The notes beneath the pieces were generated by a model, which had not been told where the DNA came from, did not search any database, and saw only the letters and a program-made list of their open reading frames with translations. From the NCBI GenBank assembly GCA_963842085.1, contig CAWJET010000001.1, positions 1,472,001 through 1,536,000 on the forward strand: DNA of 64,000 nucleotides, given 5' to 3'. The DNA comes from an uncultured delta proteobacterium (GTDB taxonomy: Bacteria; Desulfobacterota; Binatia; Binatales; Binataceae). Each line of letters opens with the position of its first letter. Positions within the stretch are counted from its first letter, which is position 1. The position numbers and the translations under genes are program-made. Shown here in pieces: positions 9,524 to 18,382 of the stretch.

Positions 9524-10780
9524 ATGGCAAACAAGCCGCGAATGCTGGAAGGCTATCGGGTCCTGGATTTCACGCAATTCGTCGCGGGACCGACCTGCAC
9601 GCGGCTGCTCGCCGAGATGGGCGCCGAAGTGATCAAGCTCGAACTCGCTCCCTTTGGCGATCGCGTCCGCGCAGACGGGCTCAAGTCGCTCGCGCCCGAA
9701 TTCAAGAACGCGAGCCATAGCACCTACTACCTGCAGCACAACCACTCAAAACTGAGTTTTGCGATCGATCTCAAAAAACCGGCCGCGCGAGAGATCGTGA
9801 TGTCGATGCTTCCGCAGGTCGATGTCGTGGTCGAGAACTTCGCGCCGCGCGTGATCGACCGGCTAGGATTCGCTTACAAGGACATCAAGGCAGTCAATCC
9901 GAAAATCATCATGTGTTCGATTTCGATGGCGGGACAGACCGGACCGCTCTCGGTCAAGGCCGGCTACGACTTTATCGGTCAGGCCTACGCTGGCATCACT
10001 GACGGTATCGGGCAGGTCGATGGTCCACCCGCATTGACTACGATGGCAATCGGTGACGTTTCCACCGGCGTCGCCGCCGCAATGGCTATCGGTTTCGCGC
10101 TGTTGCATCGCGAGCGTACGGGGGAAGGGCAGTATCTGGACGCGTCGTTGCTGGATACTTACTTCCACATGCACGAGAAGACCGTTCCTGTGGTATCGCT
10201 GCGCGGCGACAAATTTCGTCCGACGCGAAGTGGTTCGTTGCATCCCGACGGTGGTACCACCGGCATTTTTCATTTCCGCGGTGACCAATACATTCAGATT
10301 ACTTCGACACCCCATCAATGGCCGCAGTTTGTACGCGCTTTAGGGATGCCTGAGCTGGCGACGGACCCGCGTTTCAAAGATGCGCGCGGGCGCCGCGACA
10401 ACAAGGAACAGCTGAGAGACGTGATCGAGGACTGGCTCCAGAAATTCCCTACTCGCGACGAGGCCATCGCCGCGCTCGACGCCGAACGCGTGCCGTGCGC
10501 TCCCGTGCTGACTGTGAACGAGGCTATAAGGCATCCCCATCTCAATGAGCGCAAGACAGTGCGCTGGGTCCAGGATCCTTTGTTGGGTAAGGTCGCGATT
10601 CCGGGTGTGCCGGTAAAGTTTTCGGCCTGGCCGGATAGGACAGATGTGCGTTCCGCGCGCCTTGGCGAAGACAACGAGCGAGTTCTTCGCGAACTGCTCA
10701 AGATGCCGGCGAATCAGATTCATAAGCTCTATACAGAAGGAATCCTGGTCCGCGATCCGACACTTGAAAGCAAACCGTAG
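9524..10780 (+). CDS. Class III CoA-transferase (CaiB/BaiF)
   Basis: LAEMGAEVIKLE, DVVVENFAP and GDVSTG motifs. Confidence 0.92.
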   Translation: MANKPRMLEGYRVLDFTQFVAGPTCTRLLAEMGAEVIKLELAPFGDRVRADGLKSLAPEFKNASHSTYYLQHNHSKLSFAIDLKKPAAREIVMSMLPQVDVVVENFAPRVIDRLGFAYKDIKAVNPKIIMCSISMAGQTGPLSVKAGYDFIGQAYAGITDGIGQVDGPPALTTMAIGDVSTGVAAAMAIGFALLHRERTGEGQYLDASLLDTYFHMHEKTVPVVSLRGDKFRPTRSGSLHPDGGTTGIFHFRGDQYIQITSTPHQWPQFVRALGMPELATDPRFKDARGRRDNKEQLRDVIEDWLQKFPTRDEAIAALDAERVPCAPVLTVNEAIRHPHLNERKTVRWVQDPLLGKVAIPGVPVKFSAWPDRTDVRSARLGEDNERVLRELLKMPANQIHKLYTEGILVRDPTLESKP

Positions 10781-11140
10781 TACCTCATGCAAGGTCGGCC
10801 TGCACGTCACGGTGACTTGCAAACTCCGTCATTGTCTCCGCGACCTCTGTAATCGAGAATCCCGGTCTGGAAAATCGGTGCTATCACCTTATTCTTCAGC
10901 TAGAGGTGATATGGCAGTCGCGGAGCACTGGCATGGCTTGTGAGAAATACGTCTAGGCCTGTTCGACGCGGTCTCGGTCTGTCATAACTCTGTCGGACAT
11001 AGGTCTCATAGATCGTGACCAGCGCACTGACGACACACGCCACGAATGTGCTTCTGAATAAGACGCTCCGTCGATCGAAAACAGAGTCCAACACCTGGCG
11101 ACCTCATCAGGGCGCTAGTGTGCACGACTATCAGTCGATG

Positions 11141-12004
11141 TCACCCCGTTGGCGCCGTTGAGCTGACGAACCACAAGTCGCGAAATCCCACTTTGCCGCT
11201 CGTGACTCCGCCTAGCCCGGCTTCGTTCAGTTCCGGAATAACCTGGCGAATGTCGAAGTGCGCATGGTTTCGATGGCGCGCGATACGGCTGTGCCGTTCG
11301 CCCTCGGACCCTCCGAAATCGACTGCAAACAAGCGGCCGCCCGGCTTCAGGATTCGTCGAATCTCGCGGATACCTTGATGCCGCGCCTCGTCCGGCAAGT
11401 GGTGCAACATCGCCGAACTCAGGACGACATCGAAGGTCGCGTCAGGAAACGGTAACGCCTCGACTTCCGCGGTATCGAAGACCAGCTCGAGGCCCGTCTT
11501 GCTCGCTTTTTTTCGAGCCCTCGCAATCATCTCGGGCGACGCGTCGATCCCGTACACTTTTCCCGACTGACCGACGTGCTGCTTCGCCGCGATTGCGAGA
11601 GTTCCGGTGCCGCAGCCTACGTCCAAAACCGACTCACCCGATTTGATGTCGGCGAGGTCGATCTGCTTCTGCCGAAACGCTCGCTCTCGACCCAACGAGA
11701 TCACCCACAGCAAAAGGTCGTAGCGCCAGGCCCAATGGATGACGATTCCAGTCGTGCGCGGCGCCGCGGTCTGGTCCTCCGCCGGATGCCCGTGGAGCCA
11801 GCGGAGACCGTACCCAGCCAACGCCGCTCCGCCGAGTCCGACCGCAACCCAGTGCAATGTAATATGAAGCGCCAGGATTACCGCCGCCGTTCCTGCCCCA
11901 AACCACAGCCACTTTCTGCCGAGCACTAACGCCGAAACGGCAGCCATTGAGAGTACGAAGGCTATAAGCGCGCCAACCAGCGGCAGATGACGACGTCGCA
12001 TCAC
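11141..12004 (-). CDS. Class I SAM-dependent methyltransferase with an N-terminal membrane region
   Basis: VLDVGCGTG and LPFPDATFD motifs; 2-3 hydrophobic N-terminal segments. Confidence 0.85.
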   Translation of the reverse strand: MMRRRHLPLVGALIAFVLSMAAVSALVLGRKWLWFGAGTAAVILALHITLHWVAVGLGGAALAGYGLRWLHGHPAEDQTAAPRTTGIVIHWAWRYDLLLWVISLGRERAFRQKQIDLADIKSGESVLDVGCGTGTLAIAAKQHVGQSGKVYGIDASPEMIARARKKASKTGLELVFDTAEVEALPFPDATFDVVLSSAMLHHLPDEARHQGIREIRRILKPGGRLFAVDFGGSEGERHSRIARHRNHAHFDIRQVIPELNEAGLGGVTSGKVGFRDLWFVSSTAPTG

Positions 12005-13050
12005 GCGGTCCTCCTTTTCTCCTGTGTGACAATCGGCGCTTCCTGATTCTCCACAAGCCCGACGTGTACCGCGGCAAGCGCGGGCAAATGCTTCATAACT
12101 TCGAGCTTAAAGCGATCGGCGAGCTCGATACCCTCGCGGACGGAGAGGGTGGCGTCAATCGCAATGTCCGCCTCGGCGTGCAGACGATGTCCCAGCCAGC
12201 GCGCGCGCGTACCTATCACCTCGCGGACTCCAGCTACATGCTCAGCGGCGCGATGCATTTCGACGACCACCTGGGGCTCGACGCCGTCCAGCAGCCGTGT
12301 AAAAACGGCGCGCCCAGACTGCCACACGATTACAAGAATTGTTGCCGCGATAAGCAGGCCGACGATAGGATCGGTCAGCGGAAAGCCGAGCCACACGCCC
12401 GCCGCCCCTAGTATCACCGCGAGGCTGCTAAGGCCATCCGCGCGCGCGTGATACCCGTCTGCTACCAAGGCCGCACTACTCATCTCGCGGCCTACTCGGA
12501 TGCGCAATACGGCGGCAATCTCGTTCCCAATGAAGCCGATGACTCCCGCAATCGCGAGCGCCCAAAGATGATTGACCGGACGCGGATGAAGGAGGCGACC
12601 GACTGCCTGCCACACGGCGACAACCATGCTCGCGAAGATGATCATCACGATGAGTGCGCCCGCCAAGTCCTCGACTCTGCCGTAACCGTAGGTGAAGCGG
12701 GAGCTCGCTTTGCGGCGCGCGAACAGAAAAGCGACCCACAGCGGTACTGCCGTCGTCGCATCGCCTATGTTGTGGATAGCGTCCGCCAGCAGCGCGACAC
12801 TGCCCGACGCGGCAACTACCGCGAACTGCAACGCGGCCGCAACACCGAGCGCTACGAAGGACCACTTGATCGCCCAGATACCTCGTGCCGTCGTCGCGAG
12901 AGTCGGGTCGAGTGCACCATGCACATGCGGGTGACGATCGCCGCCGCAATTGACATGGACCGGGTGTGCATCGGGTCCTTCGACATCGCCGTGAGGATGG
13001 CTGTGTTCGTTCCGCGCGAAGCCAGACCGGTCGAGAAGATCGCGTCTCAC
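12001..13050 (-). CDS. Cation diffusion facilitator (CDF) metal efflux transporter
   Basis: SVALLADAIHNIGD, FTYGYGRVE and ADGYHARAD motifs; His-rich N-terminus. Confidence 0.93.
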   Translation of the reverse strand: MRRDLLDRSGFARNEHSHPHGDVEGPDAHPVHVNCGGDRHPHVHGALDPTLATTARGIWAIKWSFVALGVAAALQFAVVAASGSVALLADAIHNIGDATTAVPLWVAFLFARRKASSRFTYGYGRVEDLAGALIVMIIFASMVVAVWQAVGRLLHPRPVNHLWALAIAGVIGFIGNEIAAVLRIRVGREMSSAALVADGYHARADGLSSLAVILGAAGVWLGFPLTDPIVGLLIAATILVIVWQSGRAVFTRLLDGVEPQVVVEMHRAAEHVAGVREVIGTRARWLGHRLHAEADIAIDATLSVREGIELADRFKLEVMKHLPALAAVHVGLVENQEAPIVTQEKRRTA

Positions 13051-13074
13051 TGCACTACCCTGCCCGGCATCTCC

Positions 13075-13413
13075 TTAGAGATAGCGAGTGATCTCTTTGA
13101 ACTGGTCGATGATTTCCTTCTCGCGGCCGGCCATGGGACCCACTGCGGCCTCCAGGCAATGGTCGATATGGTCGTGAATCAGCACGCTCTTGGCGCACTC
13201 GAGGGCCCGGATGACGGCATGCATTTGCTGCGCGATTTGGGCGCAGTCGCGGCCGCCTTCGATCATCACGATAACGTTGCGCAGGTGTCCCTCTGCACGC
13301 CGCAACCGCGCCACCACGTCCTTGTGCGAGCGATGAAGCCGCGGCTCGCCCCGTGACGGCTCAACGGGGATACGCGTCGGAGAGTGTGCTTTCGGTTTGT
13401 CTTGGTTTATCAT
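13075..13413 (-). CDS. CsoR/RcnR family metal-sensing repressor (NreA-like)
   Basis: RLRRAEGHL..C..IAQQMHAV..LIHDHIDHC; start codon chosen at ATG 13413. Confidence 0.88.
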   Translation of the reverse strand: MINQDKPKAHSPTRIPVEPSRGEPRLHRSHKDVVARLRRAEGHLRNVIVMIEGGRDCAQIAQQMHAVIRALECAKSVLIHDHIDHCLEAAVGPMAGREKEIIDQFKEITRYL

Positions 13414-13423
13414 GGAATCCTTT

Positions 13424-13454
13424 CCCTGGGGATAGGTATATCCTTCCCAGGGGG
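13424..13454. promoter_or_regulatory. Putative CsoR/RcnR operator
   Basis: Imperfect inverted repeat CCCTGGG..GGTATATCC..CCCAGGG with G/C tracts directly upstream of the repressor. Confidence 0.6.
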
Positions 13455-13580
13455 ATAGGTCAACACCGTTTTTGGTCTTCAAGCCCTGCTGAGCGCAGCA
13501 AGCCAGAGATTTGACTCGCTTGTCCGTAGGTTCGAGGTGATCAAGCTCGCCTTTCGTGCGATTCGCCGCGGGGAGAGAGC

Positions 13581-13640
13581 GTACTTGATTCTATTGGTGG
13601 AGCTGAGCGGGATCGAACCGCCGACCTCCTGAATGCCATT
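13581..13640 (-). repeat. att site: duplicate of the 3' half of tRNA-Ala(GGC)
   Basis: 13592-13640 is identical to 25576-25624; similarity extends further with 2 mismatches. Confidence 0.92.
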
Positions 13641-13783
13641 TGTGCCGTCTCGAGAAACGAGCGATACAATTCCGTACCATCCGATGGCGCACGAAATCAA
13701 CAAAACCCTTGCGGCACAAGGACTCCCGACACTCGCCTCGACGCCACCGAACGCTAACAAGTGATCAGTACTGATCTCCGATC

Positions 13784-13819
13784 AGGGCACAAATCTGGGC
13801 ACAGTAGGGCACAAATTTG
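13784..13819 (+). repeat. GGGCACA direct repeats (arm-type-like integrase sites), interrupted by IS1595
   Basis: GGGCACA at 13785, 13797 and 13807, and again at 15848 after the IS. Confidence 0.6.
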
Positions 13820-13868
13820 GGGATTGATATACTTGACACACAAGCGTTGTGCGTGTAGTATCTAGCTT

Positions 13869-14789
13869 ATGAAGACGCCACGGACACTGATTGAAGCGAT
13901 TCGATACTTTGCAGACCCAGAAATCTGTCGTAACTATTTGGCCGAATGCCGTTGGCCGACCGGCGTAAGATGCCCGCGAAGGGGTTGCGGATCGAGAGAC
14001 GTATGGTTCATCCAAACGCGGGCGATCTGGCGCTGCAAATCCAAATCATGCAGCAAACAGTTTTCGGTGAAGGTCGGTAGCATCTTCGAAGATTCGCCGA
14101 TTACGCTCGATAAGTGGCTCCCCGCCGTCTGGCTGCTCACTTGCTCGACAAAGGGCTATAGCTCCCACCGGCTGGCAAAGGCCCTAGGCGTCACACAAAA
14201 GACCGCATGGTTCATGCTCCATCGAATCCGGCTCGCGTTGAGGGCGGGCAGCTTCGAGACGCCTATGTCTGGGCCGGTTGAAGGCGATACTACAGGCATC
14301 GGCGGACTGGAGAAGAACAAACATCGCAGCAAACGCTTGCATCGTGGAACGGGCAACGTTGGCAAAGCCGTGGTCTTCGGATTGCTCGCAAGGCACGGGC
14401 AGATCCGTGCTAAATCCGTACCTAACGAACGGGCGGAAACGCTCCAACGTGTGATTCGTCGTAACGTCGAATCAGGCGCGATCCTCTATACCGATGAGGC
14501 AGCGGCCTTTCGCGGACTAGACGCAGACTACGCGCACGAAGTCATTAACCATTCTGAGGAGTATGTGCGTGGCGCGGTCCATACGAACGGGATCGAGAGT
14601 TTCTGGGCAAACTTCAAGCGCACGGTTTATGGGACGCATCATTTCGTGATGCCGTGGCAGCTTGATCGCTACCTTGACGACGCGACGTTTCGATTCAACC
14701 AACGGAAAATCGGGGATGGGGATCGCTTTGCGTTGGCGCTCGCTCAAGCCGATGGCAGAAGACTTACTTACAAGGAATTGACCCAATGA
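13869..14789 (+). CDS. IS1595 family transposase
   Basis: N-terminal Zn ribbon, GVTQKTAWFMLHRIR HTH, TDE, HTNGIESFW and GRRLTY motifs. Confidence 0.95.
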   Translation: MKTPRTLIEAIRYFADPEICRNYLAECRWPTGVRCPRRGCGSRDVWFIQTRAIWRCKSKSCSKQFSVKVGSIFEDSPITLDKWLPAVWLLTCSTKGYSSHRLAKALGVTQKTAWFMLHRIRLALRAGSFETPMSGPVEGDTTGIGGLEKNKHRSKRLHRGTGNVGKAVVFGLLARHGQIRAKSVPNERAETLQRVIRRNVESGAILYTDEAAAFRGLDADYAHEVINHSEEYVRGAVHTNGIESFWANFKRTVYGTHHFVMPWQLDRYLDDATFRFNQRKIGDGDRFALALAQADGRRLTYKELTQ

Positions 14790-15739
14790 AGAACTACTTT
14801 TCTGAATTGCGCCGCTGGTTACGAAATTCCGTTTTGGGCAAGACAAAGACAATAGAATTGCCCGGAGCCGAAGTCGATGAACTTCTCGCGAAATATTCGG
14901 CGGAAGACGTAACAACGGAACTGTTCGATTTCGGACAGATGTTGCTTACGGCGAACGAGGAGCGTGTCGGGCTCATAGATTCTAAGGCCACGACACTTGT
15001 TGGATATAGTAGTGCGATACTGGCGCTTCTGTTAATGCGCGGTGCTACTTGGACGCATTCGTGGCTTGAGCTGATCGCAATCGTGATCGTGGCTTTGGCC
15101 GCAGGAAGTGCGTGTCTCTTTTCTCTAATGGCACTTCACGGTGCACAGAATTGGAGCCAACTAAGTGAGGGAACATGGTTCCCGCGCGATCGAGTATTAC
15201 AAGGCTCCGATTCACTCAAGCGATTCTACATAAGCGCCATGCACCAAGTTCTACAGGACAATCATCGGATCGCAAATCACAAGGCTGATCAAATGATCAT
15301 GGCTCAGATCCTAGTCGCGCTCGCGGGCGTGCTCTTGGCAATTACTTTGGCGGCTGCCGTCGCAATGACGCTTGTTCGGTCGATCACTTCCCGCCCTTCT
15401 GAATTATATTCAACGAGCGCCGCGCCTCTGACTGATTGTTGTGCTGTGACGTGTTCAGCGTATCGCGCGGACTCACCTCCTCTTGCACAGTATTCAGTGT
15501 CTGTCGAGGGTTGGTGGTGGTCGCAGGAGGCACTGGGACGGGAGGTGTTACCGGCGCGGGATTTTGTCCTTGTTGATTTCCCTGCGCTGCGCCACCCGTA
15601 TTGCCAGCATTCTGATTATCGTCTGTCATTGAAGGAATCTCCCTATGAAGAAAAAATCACTGCCACTGTCCAAGATGCGCACGGCACTCCGGCGCATCGT
15701 CTCCGTCCCCAAAGACGAAGTGAAACAACTTCTTGCTGA
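14786..15739 (+). CDS. IS passenger: 3-TM membrane protein, Pycsar-effector-like
   Basis: ATGA-coupled to the transposase; IDSKA-TM1-TM2-loop-IANHK-TM3 pattern; the C-terminal ~115 aa overlap other ORFs. Confidence 0.6.
   Translation: MKNYFSELRRWLRNSVLGKTKTIELPGAEVDELLAKYSAEDVTTELFDFGQMLLTANEERVGLIDSKATTLVGYSSAILALLLMRGATWTHSWLELIAIVIVALAAGSACLFSLMALHGAQNWSQLSEGTWFPRDRVLQGSDSLKRFYISAMHQVLQDNHRIANHKADQMIMAQILVALAGVLLAITLAAAVAMTLVRSITSRPSELYSTSAAPLTDCCAVTCSAYRADSPPLAQYSVSVEGWWWSQEALGREVLPARDFVLVDFPALRHPYCQHSDYRLSLKESPYEEKITATVQDAHGTPAHRLRPQRRSETTSC
15384..15629 (-). CDS. IS passenger: 81-aa N/Q/P-rich peptide with three repeats
   Basis: SD AGGGAG; three Rx[TS]LNxxQ repeats encoded with differing synonymous codons. 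Confidence 0.6.
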   Translation of the reverse strand: MTDDNQNAGNTGGAAQGNQQGQNPAPVTPPVPVPPATTTNPRQTLNTVQEEVSPRDTLNTSQHNNQSEARRSLNIIQKGGK

Positions 15740-15776
15740 CGAACGAGCGAAGCGCAAACCTCGCCAGAAAGCCTAG
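15645..15776 (+). CDS. IS passenger: 43-aa basic protein (not in the ORF track)
   Basis: SD GAAGGA; MKKKSLPLSKMRTALRRIVSVPKDEVKQLLADERAKRKPRQKA. Confidence 0.55.
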   Translation: MKKKSLPLSKMRTALRRIVSVPKDEVKQLLADERAKRKPRQKA

Positions 15777-15927
15777 GAATCCGCGTCATCGATGACCACC
15801 ATATCGGAGCTGGGCCTTGTGTGTCAACTATATCAATCCCCAAATTTGGGCACACTGACTTGATCGCCGGACCATCATGTTCAGGGCCAAATGATACTCG
15901 TTCCATCATGAGATCTCGCGTGAAGCT

Positions 15928-18324
15928 TCACGGCTTCACGCTCAATTCGTCGAGCAGCGCTTTGGCGTCTTTCAGGTCGGCGGTGTCGAAGCCTTCGGTG
16001 AATTGCCCGTAGATCCCGGCGAGCATCGCGCGCGCCTCGTCGTGCTTGCCTTGTTTCGCGAGCAGGCGCGCGAGGCTCATCGTCGCGCGCAGCTCGAATC
16101 CTTTCGAGCCCATGCGCCGGGCGACGGCAATCGCCTCCCGGAAATCTCCCGCCGCCTTGGTTTCGTCGCCGCGCTTCAGATGCAACTCGCCCCGCCACCA
16201 CAACAGGCTAGGCAAATAGATCTGCTGTTCTCCAACGACAGAGAAGGCTTGCTCGATAGTTGCGAGCGCCTCCTCCAGTTGACCCGCGCGCGCCTGCGCC
16301 TCACTCAAAGCTCGGAACAACTCTGGCAAACCCAACCTGATGCCGAGCGTCGCCACGGAATCGAGTCCGGCGCGAATCAGCGCGATGCCTTCGTCAGTCC
16401 GACCCTGCTCGGCCATCGCCCAACCGCGATAAACCGAACCGGAGGCCGCCCATTGTGGGAGTTGTTGTTCGCTCGCGAGAGTGGATAGGCGTTCCGCGAC
16501 TTCCCGCACGGTGCCGGGCTCGCGAAGCTTCATGTAAAAACCGCTTGCGGTTCCGAGCGAGACCGCCAGACTCCCGGGCCTCTTCAAGCGCTCGGACAAG
16601 GAAATGGACTCACGAATTTTCGCTCGCCCCTGATCGCTGTTCCCCAAATGCCACAACACCGAGGCCATACAACAGAGCGCGTCGACATGAGGATTCCAAA
16701 CGTCCCCGGACCAGTCGCTCTCGTTGTATGACGCGATCGTCGCCTCGAGATGTTGCATCGCCTGGGTCAGCTCTCCGCGATAATAGAAGGATAGCCCCTG
16801 AGTAGTGGCCATACTCAGGCCGTAGCGAATCCCGCTGCGCTGGGCAATCTCCATCAATTGTTCCGCGATCTGCAGCGCGGCAGTCATTTCGCCCTGGAAA
16901 TAGGCCGCGGCCCAAGCGGCCCGCAACGCGTTTATGACTTGCTCCGGGTTGCCAGTCTTTTCGCCCAGCTCCCGCAAGTGTCTGGCCGCCCGCACAGTCT
17001 CATCCGTGGCGAAGCCGCGCGTACCTGCGAGCACCTGCCAAAGCGCGAACTGGAGATTGAATTCGCGGTTTATCCGCTCGGGAGTCTCGGGAGTCGTGCT
17101 CAGCGCAGCGATCGCCTGCTTCAGACAAAGCTCGGCTTCCTTGAGTGCCCCGCACTTGATTGCCTGCCGGCCGGCGCGGTCGAGGTACTCGACCGTTTTT
17201 TCGGTGTTCGAGCTGCGCGCGTAGTGATGAGCCAGCTCGGCGCAGTAATCTTCCAACCCCGCGGAATAGGTTCGCTCGATTGCGTCGGCCACCTCGAGAT
17301 GGAGCCTCTGGCGCCGCGCCGCCGATAAACCGCCGATCACTGCCTGGCGAACAAGCTCGTGAGAGAACTGAAAGCGGGCCTTGGGACTCTCCGCGACTGA
17401 GAAAAGCAGCCCCGCCTTTTCGGCTTCCTCGATGCACTTCAGAATCGAATCCTCATTGGCTGCGCTCGCGCGCGCAAGAATTTCAAAACTGAACAAGCGT
17501 CCAATCACCGCCGCCGTGGCGAGCATCTTTTGTGTCAGGTCGGTCAGCCGCGCCAGTCGCCGTGCGACCACCAGCCGAACGCTCGGCGGCGCCTCCAGCT
17601 CGCCGATCTCGAGCTCCGAACGAAACCGGCCGGCCGAGTCGTATAGCCGATTTTCCTCTTCGAGATGGCGGAACAGTTCCTCGACGAAGAAAGGATTTCC
17701 GTCAGTCTCCGCGTATATCTCGCTTACCACCGCGTCCGGCGGCGATTTTCCACTCAGGCTCTTCAGCATCGCGGCCACTTCATCACGCGGCAGGCCCTTG
17801 AGCCTCACCTGAGTTGCAAGCCGTCCGCGGAGTAAATCTTCGAGCGTCTTCGCCAGCCCGCCGGTCACATTGAGCCCAGCGTCACGGTAGGTGCCGACCA
17901 GCAGCAAGGGCAGATCGGAAAGCCTCTGCGTCAGGTGATCGAGCAGCGACAACGTCGAATCGCCGCTCCAGTGAAGGTCCTCGAGAACAAGTAGCAGCGG
18001 CTGCTCGCGAGCCACGCGCACTATGAAGTCGCGGTAACAGTTGAATAGCTGGCGCCGCGCCTGAGCTGGCGGCAAATCGAGCGGTGGTGGAAGCCCCGGC
18101 AAGATGTTCTTAAGTCTGGGTAGTAAGCGCGCCAACTCCGGTGCCTGCTCTCCCAGTGCCGTGCGCAGAGCGTCGGGGGTTGATGCACGATCGATGAAGT
18201 TCTCCAGGATTTCCACGAACGGCAGATAGGCGACGGCTTCGTCGCGCTCGGAGCAATGCCCGACAAGCAGCGCCATTCCCTTTGCATCAGCCAGGAGCGC
18301 AAGGCCCGCGCGCAGCGTAGCCAC
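15928..18324 (-). pseudogene. 5'-truncated STAND-type AAA ATPase/TPR protein
   Basis: Walker B LLVLEDLHW, GNPFFVEE, FSHELVR and EGFDTADL tail present; Walker A and N-terminal domain missing. Confidence 0.8.
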
Positions 18325-18382
18325 GCTGGACGGAGCGGAAGGCCGCAGAGAAGATACCTGAACGCGATGCTCTGGGTGGAGT

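Larger units (their letters stand above)
13820..15840 (+). mobile_element. IS1595-family transporter IS, copy 1 (2021 bp)
   Basis: 25-bp TIR GGGATTGATATA(C/G)TTGACACACAAG; 8-bp TSD CAAATTTG at 13812-13819 and 15841-15848. Confidence 0.95.

Noticed and set aside
10781-11140. Short ORFs between the catabolic and metal clusters
   Set aside because: No motif or coding support
13595-13670. Second complete tRNA-Ala
   Set aside because: Identity stops in the anticodon arm and the 5' half is missing, so it is an att duplicate
13784-13819. GGGCACA repeats as CRISPR repeats or plasmid iterons
   Set aside because: Too short, with no spacers or rep gene; position next to att fits arm-type sites better
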